DNA of 64,000 nucleotides, from positions 930,001-994,000 of the forward strand of contig CP120460.1 in assembly GCA_034226945.1 (NCBI GenBank), given 5' to 3'. The notes under the pieces are model-generated. The model was not told where the DNA came from. It made no database searches and saw only the letters and a program-made list of their open reading frames with translations. A program made the position numbers and the translations under genes. The stretch comes from Picochlorum sp. SENEW3 (taxonomy: Eukaryota). Below are positions 1 to 11,819 of the stretch, one piece after another. Each line of letters starts with the position of its first letter. Positions within the stretch are counted from its first letter, which is position 1.

Positions 1-263
1 CTACCGTAGGCTGATTCGCACTCAATTTTGGACTAGAGCGCTCTGAGTTGGATACTTTTAGGGCCTCTATCAACGTCGTTTTACCAGCACCGTCTAGTCC
101 TAAAAATAACACTTTTTCTGCTCTTCTTCGAGGTGTCAAGGAGTCAAAAACGTACTCCAAAAGCGAGAACATCAACAAATCTTGTATATTGCACTATAAA
201 TTAGAATATTAAATAACTGGGGCAAGAGTTCCACTGGTGCCACAAAGGTAGGACTTGGGATTT

Positions 264-1414
264 TCACTGCTCTCTGGGCCTTTTCTGTCTCTCTGCAGTG
301 GCATCATCAGGGTCCCTCTTCGCTCCTTTTACCAAGGAACCATCTCTTTCAGGATCCATGGATGGATAAACATGAGAAGATTGGTCTCTGCTCTTTGGCA
401 GAGTCCCAACAGTGGTTTGATTTACACTGCTCGCCTTTGGACGACCCCACAGCAGGGTCAATTTGTCATCATTCACAACCAGGTTATTCCCGAGCTTCTC
501 TATTGCTTTTTCTGCATCTGATCTCTTTCTGAACGTCACAAAAGCGCAATTTTTGGCAGGAACCTTTTTAATGGTTTTTATTTCCCCGTACGAGTAAAAG
601 ACACTCTTTAGATCATCTTCTGAGACAGAATCACCTACATTGCCGACGAATAAAGTGGTAATGCTTCTATCATCTGGCGGCATGTTCTTCTTGTGAGGAA
701 CTTTTGATAGCATTTTCTGAGCGACAGGATCATTTACTCCATAGTATCTGTCCCTGATATTTTGCTCAGCCAAGGGGCCAGATTCAGGGAGTTCATGCCT
801 GTAGGGGCATTCTGCTCCTCGTTTGCACTCACCCTTAACAAAAAACGAACAAATCTTTGCTTTGTTTCTCTTATAATAAGGCTTATCCCGCTGCAACTTG
901 TTCAGAAGATCATTCGAGCCCGCCGTGGTAAATTTGCCTCTGTTCAATTCTCCTTCCTCCTCCAGTCTGTTCAAGGCAAATTCTTTTCCTGCCACACTAT
1001 CGGGCAAGTCCTCTTCTAATCCTAGAGCTTTGTCGCGTACTTGTACTGGCAAATTGTAATCCAAATCGAGGAGGCAAACTTGACAGACATTTTTCGCTTT
1101 GGCCACTTCCTGACAGATGATGGTTTTCTTATATCGGGCGTCATTACCTGGGCGCCAACGGAAAACGGTGTAAGGTCGGCCTGAAATATTACAAGTTCCT
1201 CCATATTCCATCTGCAGGAATAAACAAAGACGCATTATGCCAATAACAGGAGAACTGCCGTGGCGCTCAGAGTTCGAAGTCATGCCGGTTGTAAATAACG
1301 TACTCGTTGCATTCTGACATAGGGGTTGGGTCCTAAACATGTTTCACAGACTATAGGAAAATCACTGCGTTCCCATCCATCCCTTTCAGGATCCTGGAGA
1401 AGTCTGTGGGCCAT
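264..1414 (-). CDS. RBM22: Pre-mRNA splicing factor RBM22/Cwc2/ECM2 (Zn fingers + RRM)
   Basis: Exon 1 [37 protein letters not shown]; intron 1212-1303; then FRWRPG..RYKKT, CCCH finger [19 protein letters not shown] and RRM (TLFVGNV, NCAFVTF). Confidence 0.95.
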
Positions 1415-1512
1415 GCTCCTTCTAGTATACGTATCATAAATGGTATGTTTACTTGTGTGCTTCAGTCAAGAAACTTAATAATTACAACAAAACTGTCATT
1501 TTGTTACATGCG

Positions 1513-3255
1513 TCACATGAGGATCCTAGACTCTTTCGATAAAAGTTTCCAGGCTCCTCTCCTCCGATTCTCCGGACATACCCATTCGGTGCGAACATTG
1601 ACTGTTTTGGGTAGGTTTGCAACTCCAAATTGAATAAGGACTGTCTCTCCTTTGGGCCAGTATAAGTTGTCAGTACCTTTTTCTAAAACACCAAACCATG
1701 CAGAATCTGGCCTGGAAGCAGGCCGATACAAGCGATGTACCAAGGTGAAAGTTTTCTCGTTGCTATCTGTTTTCATCACGAGGGCTATCGGCTTTGCATC
1801 GACAACAGGTCCCCATGTAATGTGCACAGCTTCTCTAGGAAGTCTTTGAACATCGTTCGGTCGGTACGATTTTATTGAAGAATGAACACTTCTTCGCCCG
1901 GATTGCTTTGCTTTGTTTCTTGATCCAAGCGGCCTGCCACGTTTTCTGACCTTTTGCTCCATGCTCGGTGTCTTCATTTCAGAACGATTCTCTGTCTCAT
2001 TTTGTACTTCGAATTCAGAATCGCTATCAGAGGTGTCTTGGCCACAATCTGCTGTTTGTTCAGAAAGTTCTTCGGATCCTGATGACGAATCATACAGCCC
2101 AGGAATGAATATGGACATATCTAAACTCACTCCATCCGCCAATGCCCCGCATTCACATTGCGAGCAATTCTTACCAATGTCGATCCACTCAGGAAGGGCA
2201 AAGTTGACAGCTTCTGCACAATTAAATCCAAGGTTGTATCCAGCATGATAAGATGAGGCATTCAGCACTATAAATTCACCCGGCTGCTGCAATGCCTGCA
2301 CATAATTTATATTGTGACTTCTCAATAAAGATGGAGAAATCATCATATTTTTATGCCTCACAAATTCAGAACAAGCTGATGCACCCTCCGGGAATAGCTG
2401 CCTTGCCATTGCATCAAATTTGTCACTCTCACTTGGAGGGACGCAGTACCACACTTTTGGTTCTCCCATGTGGAGATAATTTATTGAATAAAGGTCTAGG
2501 TCCTCTTTGTGCCAGGCAAAGAAAGCCTTCCACATCCCGAAATATGTCATAGGGGAGGTTACCCCAGCAATCTCAGGAACATCATATTCACTAAACATGC
2601 ACCGCAGATCCCTCAAATTCCATCCCCATGGCAACTCTTCATCAAATAAGCTCATAGGAGTATCTGCACCATAAACAGGTGGGTTCATTGTGATACTGCT
2701 CCAGAATGAACGCTCCATCATTGCATCTCCATGCTTTTTCTCAGGTGGAGCCCTTGAGGCATTGCTTGCCATTCCAGCATACGTGGACCCATTCATAGAT
2801 CTTTGCTCTTCGAGTATACACATGTACGCTCCACTTCTTCCAAAAACATGTTGCTTGATAGGAGCCCCGATATTCACCATTGAAAAATCATAGTCCTCTT
2901 GCCTGGGCTTCCACCCAACTGGGGCAACGACCTTGAAACAGGGGCAGCCAGGGTTCTCCCTGAAAACATCTCCCACATACTCAGAAAATGGTTGACTGAA
3001 TTCCTCACGAGTCGGTCTCAACGTCAGACACATCCTATCCTGAATTTTGAAACCCGTTTGAAGCGACCGCAGCTTTCTCGACTCAGAAACGTCATGAGAA
3101 CATTCTTCCTGGACTCGATGCCTCTTCTTTCCCACTCCAGACGATATATTATTGCTATGGTGTGGATCCAATGTACTTTTCGGGCTCGCTGGGCCGTTTC
3201 CCGTGTCCTGCACTACAGGGTGCTCTTTTTGAACAAGGCCACCCAGTTTAGCCAT
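1513..3255 (-). CDS. JmjN/JmjC histone lysine demethylase (KDM4-like)
   Basis: RPTREEF (JmjN); YFGMWKAFFAWHKEDLDLYSINYLHMGEPKVWY; YHAGYNLGFNCAEAVNFA (JmjC). Confidence 0.93.
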   Translation of the reverse strand: MAKLGGLVQKEHPVVQDTGNGPASPKSTLDPHHSNNISSGVGKKRHRVQEECSHDVSESRKLRSLQTGFKIQDRMCLTLRPTREEFSQPFSEYVGDVFRENPGCPCFKVVAPVGWKPRQEDYDFSMVNIGAPIKQHVFGRSGAYMCILEEQRSMNGSTYAGMASNASRAPPEKKHGDAMMERSFWSSITMNPPVYGADTPMSLFDEELPWGWNLRDLRCMFSEYDVPEIAGVTSPMTYFGMWKAFFAWHKEDLDLYSINYLHMGEPKVWYCVPPSESDKFDAMARQLFPEGASACSEFVRHKNMMISPSLLRSHNINYVQALQQPGEFIVLNASSYHAGYNLGFNCAEAVNFALPEWIDIGKNCSQCECGALADGVSLDMSIFIPGLYDSSSGSEELSEQTADCGQDTSDSDSEFEVQNETENRSEMKTPSMEQKVRKRGRPLGSRNKAKQSGRRSVHSSIKSYRPNDVQRLPREAVHITWGPVVDAKPIALVMKTDSNEKTFTLVHRLYRPASRPDSAWFGVLEKGTDNLYWPKGETVLIQFGVANLPKTVNVRTEWVCPENRRRGAWKLLSKESRILM

Positions 3256-4267
3256 CTTTGATATGAAATCAACTGTTCTACCCTTTCAAAAGATCCGAAA
3301 CACTCAAGTATATCCACCCACTGCGCGAGGTGTAGAGAAAGTGGCACCCGCAGCCAAACTTTCAAAACGTCAAACTAACCCCGCTTGGTCAGGTTCACCG
3401 ACGCATTCACACTAGGCTCAGTGTATGAAACTGCTGACAATAAATTATGTAACATGTATACAGCTGGTCGCGAGAGTCACGATAACGATAAACACACATG
3501 GATGTGATGGAGCGTCACGGGGCTCTCCCACCGGGAGTCCCCAGGACTGTCCTCGAACGAGGCTTGTCAAATTAGATACTCGGCAATTATCACGTAAGCG
3601 TGAATCTTGACCTGGGTTGGCCTACGATAGCCACAGATGATAGGCATCGTAACGACAATACTGTGAGATTCCATTGCAATGTCCACATCTCGTTTTCCAG
3701 GGCAACTATGTGCAAGCCATTTGGCTTGAGACCTGAAGCAGTACGACAGCACATGGACTGCCGACACTCTGACTAGATCATGAGATGAACGAATGGGTAC
3801 TTATGACACAATACCGTCGCTTAATCCTCGCACGCTTCACGCCATTACATCCTCCACGAGAGATCGACTACGGTGAACCCAGCGGAGCAACTGCTTTTTC
3901 AGCATGACAATCAAGCTCTGAATGGTTAATCAAAACCTTGCATAGATATTTCACAGAGCGGCAGATCCTCTATGACTTTATAACTTTAGACCAGTTCGTA
4001 TGCTCGAAAAGGCCGTTTATTGTTGGCGGTTGGAAACTTGAGAACGGCGAATTCACAATGTTGTCTAGGAATGGTCAATGCTCTCCCAGGCCATGGGTTC
4101 CTCATGGGGCCACTCGTCCTACGTGGACAAACCATGTGAGATCAAATGCTTCGAATACTTATTGGAGCCATGCAATGTATCCAGTTACTTTGAAAATAAT
4201 ATCGAATCACCATAGACTCTGAGCAATAGCAACTCTCTTCTGGTATCAAACTAGAGGGACAAGTGAT

Positions 4268-5723
4268 ATGAAGCTAACAATATTGCAACTTGCAATATGC
4301 TGCCTCCCTGGTATTCTGCTGTTTATGGGCACAGTTCGTGCCCTTAACGGAAACGATGCCGACGTCATTGTTATCGGTGCTGGAATGGCAGGCGTGACCG
4401 CAGCCAGAGAGCTGTCTGATGCAGGTATATCAGTCATCGTCCTCGAGGCAAGAGACAGGGTGGGAGGCAGGACATACAGTCTCAATACATCTGAGGGACC
4501 TGTGGATGCTGGTGCTATGTGGTATGTTATAGTTTCAGATGCATGAAGCTTATTTTACGACTCAAACGATTGGTCACCTAATTACCTGCAGGATCCACGA
4601 TGCTCAGGAAGGAAATGAACTCTATGACTTTGCAAAAGAAAAAGGGGAAAAGATATCCAGACTACAGAACTACAATAGCGGAACAATCTATTCTACAGAA
4701 AATACGAAACTTCCTACAGTGGATTGGATCAGGGCATATGCCAACCAGGGAGAATTCCGCAGAAACATTGATGCACTCAAAGAAGCTCACACCAAAGATC
4801 CTTCCATTCCTGACGTGTCTTTATACGCAATGTATGAAAATTTCTTGGAGGCAACTGATCCACCGAAGGCTATCATTCCTTCACTGAACCTCATGACTCA
4901 CGCAAATTATCAAGTTTTGCTGAATGCAAACCTGACTGACTTGAGCACTTTGAGATATGGAGACGCCAAAACATTGCCTGCTCTGGATGTATTCTTGTAT
5001 AATGGATTCGATATTCTTGCTAAAATTCAGGCTCAGGGTCTTGATGTACGTCTCAGAACTCCAGTAAAAGCCGTCGAGCAATCTGAGAATGAAGTGACAG
5101 TAATAGCAAGTGATGGTACTCAGTACAAGGGCAAGTATGTTTTGTCTACTCAGAGCCTGGGATGCTTAAAGGATAACTCAATCGACTATTCTCCTGCATT
5201 GCCAGACATCAAAAAGGAAGCAATCAATACAATGGGCATGGGAACCTTCGATAAAGCTATTTTGGTGTTTGATGAGCAGCACTGGGATGAAACTGATTTC
5301 ATAATGAAGGCCATGGAAGATTTGACTGGAGAATGGAAAGTGTTTTTGGATTATAATGGCGTCCTTCAAAAGCCAGTTTTGGTAGCCCTAAATGTTGCGA
5401 ATACAGCCCAGAAAATTGAAAGAATGGCTGATGAAGAAATCTACGAGAGTGCTATGGCAGCATTGAGAGAAATTTATCCCAATTTGCCAGAACCCAAAGA
5501 ATTCTATGCAACTCGATGGTTTGAGGACCCATGGTCTCGAGGAAGTTATTCATATTATGCTGTTGGGAACGAAAAGAACATCACTAGCGTCATAGCTGAG
5601 CCTTTTGGTCGTGCACACTTTGCTGGCGAAGCTGCAAGCGACTATCCAGGAACTGTTCTTGGTGCATTTTTGAGTGGTAAAAGACAGGCTGCCATTATCT
5701 CAGAGAAAATGGCCACGATATAA
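4268..5723 (+). CDS. Flavin-containing amine oxidase (polyamine oxidase-like) with N-terminal signal peptide
   Basis: [28 protein letters not shown] motif; intron 4522-4591 restores [23 protein letters not shown]. Confidence 0.92.
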
Positions 5724-5826
5724 CTACATTTGAGTCTATTTGCCATTGCAACTTGTTGTCATTTCCTGTTCAAATTTGAAGTTAATATTGTCATCTAAAC
5801 AGTTCATTTGCATGTTTTTTCCAGGA

Positions 5827-8394
5827 TCAATCTCCTCTCACATCAAATAGACTTTCAGTAAGAATGAGTTCCATAGGGCCACTCGCAATGCCTTTTCTTC
5901 TCCTTTGTATCACAAGTCCCTGCTCAAGCAATAAGCCCACGGCAAAACGCATTCGTTTACTTTGACATTCTATTCTATCGTCATACAACCTCGAGATTTC
6001 CATGCGTGTCATTGGCGTACTTGGATTCTCTTTCAGAGACCTGTATATGACCTCAGCTAAGTCTGAAACATTTCTAGATCCTCTAGTGTCCCTCAGGGGA
6101 AGGAGGCCAGGTGCATAAAATGGGGAATCTTTCAATCTCCACACTTTGAGAGGGACACCATAATATTTCCAAGATGGCTCACTTCGAACGACAGCAGCAT
6201 TACTGGAAGATATCATAGCCTTTGCAACAGTAAGTTCTGCTGGTGTTACACCAGACCTTGCAGCCCAGGCACTGAAAACTTTTGGCTCAAGCACACAAAA
6301 TTCTGACGCTCGGAGCAGAAGAAGCAAATTGACAGCACAACTTTGCACTCTTTCTTTAGTCAATGACGAAATGTCATTGACTTCAAAATCATTTTTCAAT
6401 TCGGGTTCTTGGTTGGAATCCAGCATGGCTTGGGCAAGTGCTTCGTCAATAGTGCTGTCACAAATCCATTTTCTGGAAAGGAAAATGATACTTCTCTGGT
6501 TTCTATCACAGAGGTCAGTTCCAATTGATTTCGACAAATTACTCTGAACGAATGGTGTTGAGTTCATCAGAAATTTTGGAGGTCCATCCGTACCTGCAAA
6601 GGATTTTCCTGTTGCACTTGAGGAAGTGCTCTTCTGTTCGCGACGCGTCTCAGATGCATGAATTTGATTGGCATATTGGAAATTCAATCTCATGTCTTCC
6701 ATCTTTTTTCTCTTCTCACTCCTTTTTGCACTTCGATCGGCAACAGCAACGGATTGCTGCTCGCGTTTCCATGCATGCCAAGCCATATGCCACTCTCTCT
6801 CTCTCTCTATCTGCTGCTCCCAGGCAAACTCTTTACTTGCAGCAAAGTTCTGATCTACTTGTTCAGAACCCATGCCATTCTCAGATTCATTTTCTTGTTG
6901 TAAAATAATTTCGGATGCTCTGCTCTTCCTCTCAAGCCAAGGAAGAAATTCCTCAGAGTACCACACATCTGAAAAGAGCTGAAAGGATTCCTGTGATGAA
7001 CCAAGAAACCGAAGGTATTCCGCCACATCTGGACTCATTATCATCTTAAGCAGATGTGAAAGTTTTTCTCTGTCATCAGATGGAAATTGTATCCCGAAAT
7101 GGAGAGCATAGGCTATTCTAGGACCCACCAATGATCCCAGATTGCAGGATAGGGCCCGCGCCTCTGAGGAGAAGTACTCAATTGGCAGTTTTGTTTGCTC
7201 AGTTAACCAATCAACCTTCATCTGCATGACCCATTTATTCGTTTCAAATATTGTTGGATCAGCTTTTATCAAATTAACTATTTCGCTCCTTGGTAGAGAC
7301 TTCCCTGTCCAGAATGCCACCCCTGCTTGCAGGTTTGAAGCATTCCCAGGCTTGAAAATACTAGGGTGGCTGACTATTATGTCAACTATGTCAGAATCAT
7401 CCAGTCCCAAATCTGATAAGTATGCCAAGATAGGCAGCATATGTTTGTCAACGTCCAGAAACAGAATTTCTGGGTATCCTGAAACAATATTGGATACAGA
7501 CTCGTTGCTCAACTCCAACAGCTGCAAGCAGTCCACCACCCCTCGGATGGAATTCGAATTGACCATCTCTGTTGTCGCTATCCAAGGATATCTTGCCAAT
7601 ATTTCTGCTGCATCCTTGCTGTTCAGGTAGCAGTCACCCAGTAGGGAATTAACAGCTTTCCATGCACTGTTCTGGTTGATAATACCGGAATCACAAGATT
7701 CTTTGGCAGGATGGACATCCGGTCCATACACCACTGCATTGCTAATTGCAAGCTTTTGATCGATAGTTAAGGGGATGAGATGCTCAATCACCGCAATGAC
7801 GGATATTATTCGATTTGCTTGGTGGATCAAGGAGGATTGCAATCTGTCCCCATATGGTCTCTGTTCGTTCAGATCCTCGGCCTTCTCAATCGTGCGACTA
7901 CCAACATGAGACTCTCTATTATTAAATCCATGTCCCATCAATGCTTGCCGCATCGCGGCTGCCCTCACTCTGCTCGGAGGCACCCTTGCATGCCTTGATA
8001 ATGCACTCTGCTCCCGCCCAACCAAATGAGTAATCGTGTCCTCCAAAAATGGCAACGCATCGCTTCCATGCCGTGGACCTGGACTATTTTTCCCATGACG
8101 AAGATCTAATTTATACATCTCAAGAGCTTTCGACAGATTTGTAGCGGATACCTCGTCATTCCAGGGAGGCTTGCTGCTCTTCACACCCACCTCCGGGTGA
8201 TTCTGGTACAATAGCATGGTATCCTTCACTGTGGCTCTTCTCAAGGGATCCCCAGGAGAAGGTAATTGATTGTTGATTTTATCTTTAATCTGTTGTGTCG
8301 AAAATCGAGCCCTCTCACCGATCAAGGAATCAAACTCATGCCTCTTGAGGAGCGAGAGAATACTCTTCTTTCTCATACTTCTACCACTATTCAA
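5827..8394 (-). CDS. Large protein with central mTERF-like repeats
   Basis: 855-aa ORF with repeats such as IVSGYPEILFLDVDKHMLPILAYLSDLGL and IIVSHPSIF. Confidence 0.7.
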   Translation of the reverse strand: MNSGRSMRKKSILSLLKRHEFDSLIGERARFSTQQIKDKINNQLPSPGDPLRRATVKDTMLLYQNHPEVGVKSSKPPWNDEVSATNLSKALEMYKLDLRHGKNSPGPRHGSDALPFLEDTITHLVGREQSALSRHARVPPSRVRAAAMRQALMGHGFNNRESHVGSRTIEKAEDLNEQRPYGDRLQSSLIHQANRIISVIAVIEHLIPLTIDQKLAISNAVVYGPDVHPAKESCDSGIINQNSAWKAVNSLLGDCYLNSKDAAEILARYPWIATTEMVNSNSIRGVVDCLQLLELSNESVSNIVSGYPEILFLDVDKHMLPILAYLSDLGLDDSDIVDIIVSHPSIFKPGNASNLQAGVAFWTGKSLPRSEIVNLIKADPTIFETNKWVMQMKVDWLTEQTKLPIEYFSSEARALSCNLGSLVGPRIAYALHFGIQFPSDDREKLSHLLKMIMSPDVAEYLRFLGSSQESFQLFSDVWYSEEFLPWLERKSRASEIILQQENESENGMGSEQVDQNFAASKEFAWEQQIEREREWHMAWHAWKREQQSVAVADRSAKRSEKRKKMEDMRLNFQYANQIHASETRREQKSTSSSATGKSFAGTDGPPKFLMNSTPFVQSNLSKSIGTDLCDRNQRSIIFLSRKWICDSTIDEALAQAMLDSNQEPELKNDFEVNDISSLTKERVQSCAVNLLLLLRASEFCVLEPKVFSAWAARSGVTPAELTVAKAMISSSNAAVVRSEPSWKYYGVPLKVWRLKDSPFYAPGLLPLRDTRGSRNVSDLAEVIYRSLKENPSTPMTRMEISRLYDDRIECQSKRMRFAVGLLLEQGLVIQRRRKGIASGPMELILTESLFDVRGD

Positions 8395-8648
8395 TCCATT
8401 ATAAACATGAATAGACTTAAAATGATTAACATAGCCAATGAATTGGTCTGTGCAATGAAATAGAAAATAACTTTAGTAACTTTAACATCTGCTTGTGTTC
8501 AGTCTGGGTCATCATGCTCATTCAGCATTCATGGCCAGGTGACGGAAACTCGCATATCAGCCACCGCGCAGATAATTCAAAAAAGAAGAAAACTACAATT
8601 AGTAATTAGGAAGGAGGCTACAAGCGGCCTGTACTGAGAAAGGAGACC

Positions 8649-9927
8649 ATGCTGGTGACGTTCCGAACAGTCAAGGGAGACAGTTTCCAACTGGAACTCG
8701 AGGAAGATGCAACGGTATGTGTATTATTAAGCATATATATACCAGTGATATTGAAGGAGAAGGTATAGGTTGTGACGGACCAACGCGTGCCTGTTCCAAC
8801 TCGGAGGACTCTCGGTGTTCTTTCTCCCGTATAGGCATGGGCGTTGCATTTCTCATCCTGCCGAATCTTATTCTTATGGTAAATATAACTGGTTTCCGCA
8901 GATTGAGTCTGTAAAGGCAACGATTGAGGCGAATAGAGGAGATGATGGGTCTACGGGGAAGATTTTCCCAATGGCTAGCACGAATATCATCTTTCAGGGA
9001 AAGATTTTGAGAGACGGATCAACTTTAAAAGAGAATGGTGTGACGGAGCAAGGGTTCTGTGTCGTGATGTCAATGAAGAGCAAGGGCCAACCAAAGAAGA
9101 CAGCAGCTGCTGCTGCTGCTCAAGAGAAGGGTGAGGCAACACCTGCTGCGGCAGCGGAAGGGACAGCTACACCGAGTGCACCGGTGAAGGAAAGTGGTCA
9201 AGGCACAGAGATAAATAATCAGGATCCATACAAGTCAGCAGCATCGGAGTTGGCGACTGGAGAAATGCTTAATTCCAAAATCGAACAGATCATGGAGATG
9301 GGATTCCCCCGGGACGACGTGGTAAAGGCCCTTCGAGCAGCATTTAATAATCCTGATAGGGCTGTTGAATACTTGATGAATGGAATTCCAGAGGAGACGA
9401 TGGGGGACGCAGCTCAAGATGCAGATGTAGGACAGGGAGAAGAATCAGAGGGTGCAGAGGCCCGAGCAGGGGAGCAGCAGCCATTCAATATGTTTGCTCC
9501 TCAGGGAGGAGACAACTCATCTGCTGCAAGCGGTACAACCCCTCTGGCTGCTTTGAGGAACAATCCACAGTTTCAGACACTTCGAGCACTTGTGCAGCAA
9601 AGCCCGCAACTGTTGCAGCCAATGCTCCAAGAGCTCGGTAAGAATAATCCAAGTCTTTTGACAAGAATTAATGAAAATCAGGAAGAATTCTTGTCCATGA
9701 TCAACGAGCCACTTGGGCCAGGGGAACGGAATCTGGCAGAAGCTATGCAACACATGGTTGGAGGAGGAGGTGAGCAAAGGGTAGAAATAGAGCTGACCGA
9801 GGAGGAAGCTGCAGCTGTTGATCGTTTAGCAGCAATGGGATTCGATAAGGAAGCTTGTATAGAAGCATTCCTGATCTGTGATAAGAATGAAGAGGCAGCT
9901 GCAAATTTCCTTTTGGAGAATTCATAG
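8649..9927 (+). CDS. RAD23: Ubiquitin receptor RAD23
   Basis: UBL start [10 protein letters not shown]; intron 8715-8901; UBA1 ([28 protein letters not shown]), XPC-binding region and UBA2. Confidence 0.96.
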
Positions 9928-9993
9928 ATCTTGTGCAATTATTATTTGATAGTTCACAATCAAATAAGTATGCATGTCATTCATTTATCAAGA

Positions 9994-10690
9994 CTAGAAG
10001 AAAAACTTAATGAAACAAACCAGGACCAGCAGTACGAATGTCCTTGCTAATGTTTCTGCATTGGTTCTGGAGTACCGAGGATCTGCCAAACACTTTGTTT
10101 CCACTGAGGGTACTTGCTTCAGCCATTCTATGTATTCTTCATTCAAACCGTGCTCCAAGGCTCCTTCCACTAATATACTCATATATCGATGTGTGGGTGG
10201 CATTGGGTCGGGCAAGGTCGTCCAGAAAGATGAGAAAAAGGCCTTCGTTAAGACAGGAGCCTCGGAATTCAAACCACAAGTTTCCTCACAACCATTTCCA
10301 GAATGAAACAAAGGATAAACCTGAAATACTCCATTGATTTTGTCAGCAAATCTATACTAGGGAGCACGAATCCATCGAAAAACACAAGCGCACCTGAATA
10401 TCACGAGCTTCATACCCAATTTCTCTCTCGGCGATTTTCTCAAAATCTTCGATTGACAGCTCATACACAACCCCATATGGTCTCGAAAATCTCAAGGTGC
10501 TGTGACATTCCTTTCCCGAGTCCCTTCTGAGAAGAGTGGCGTATGCTCCTCTGTGAGCGAAGGCTAGTTCTATATTCTTGTCGACCACGATGGCTGGATA
10601 CCATGCGAGTGGCTTGCTCACCTTCCTTTTCTCGAGGACTTTTGTAGCCATATTTGCCCCGTAGGCAAAATACAGGTAATTCTGGCTCAT
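9994..10690 (-). CDS. Gamma-glutamylcyclotransferase-like protein with C-terminal TM helix
   Basis: YFAYGANM, YGVVYEL and PTHRYMSILVEGALEHGL motifs; intron ~10321-10393. Confidence 0.8.
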
Positions 10691-11819
10691 AGCGTCGACG
10701 TGCAGGTTACCCGACCGTTGTCTGTCGGTTTATTCAAAGCGCGTACTCGAGTTTTTCTTCATCTTTTAGCAATCGAAGGCGATAATATCCCTTTTAGTGT
10801 TTTTGCTGAAATGGAAAGTTACCTGGAATGAAGATTTTCGTTCATTCAGGAAGTTTCTGGCTGAAGGCCTTGAGGTTGCAATGGTCATCTCATGAGACAT
10901 GACCATATGCGTCTATGCGCAAGCTAAATAAATGTTCTAATGACAGACGGAATGTTCGGGGCTCGTCGTTGTTTGCGTGAGTCGCCTGGATAGTTCCCGT
11001 CCCATGACATCATCAAGTATATATACATACTGATTGATCAAGCCACAACTGAAGATGCATCTTCCATATGGTCAGTGTTAGTACCCTCTTTGCAGCATTC
11101 GTCAACAATCAAAGTCTGCATATATTTAGTGGATATCTGCACGTGCCAGGGGTGGGATACAAGGAATGTGGGCCTTTTTTCATTTTCTGGATTCCAGCTC
11201 TCTGAAACCTGCAAGAGACACCATCAGTTTCACGAGTCACCAGGGCATGCAGATTCTTTCGAGTAAAAATGTATTATGCTGACTAGAAAAAAATCAATGT
11301 GATTGCATTGCTTATCGCCACTTACTGAATGCAATTTGTGCGGATCATACATTCTGCTAGTTCACTGAAGGCTCAGCTCGCATGCATGTGATTAACACTA
11401 CTGTTCCACCAGAAAACCTGTTCCAGGATTGCATTGAATGATGCTCTATATCATGCCACATGCAGGATTCTAGAATAAAGCGTAATAATATTCATTCCTG
11501 TTGTAATGGATACGTCTCCAGGCATGACACAGTACGTCCACGTATTACGAACAATTACGGCGCCAAGAAAAGAAAGTCATTTCCAGTTCGATCCCGGGAG
11601 CAAAATGGATAAGAATTTCTGGCAACTCCACTAGCCAAGTTCGCACATATATTTTGTGATTTTGTTATACCGATTTCTAGGTTGAAAATATAACTTTCCA
11701 GCGACGTTGGAAGGTTCATCATTTGATTTTTTCCTCGGTGACGGCTTCAAGAGTGGCCGCTTTGGACGGTGACGGACGCAGGAAGTAGGAAACAGTGCAC
11801 TAAGCGCATAATTTTTACA

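Noticed and set aside
1..250. Possible transposon end (A/T tracts; GAGGTGTCAAG shared with 26702)
   Set aside because: Truncated by the window edge, and an 11-mer match is expected by chance in 64 kb.
3517..3805. RNase MRP or telomerase RNA assignment
   Set aside because: The P4-like strands are in local hairpin order rather than MRP order, and no telomeric template longer than one repeat is visible.
11580..11625. GTTCGATCCC B-box-like word and AATTTCTGG Sm-site-like word
   Set aside because: The T-stem is imperfect, there is no A box or other tRNA half nearby, and no recognisable snRNA body.
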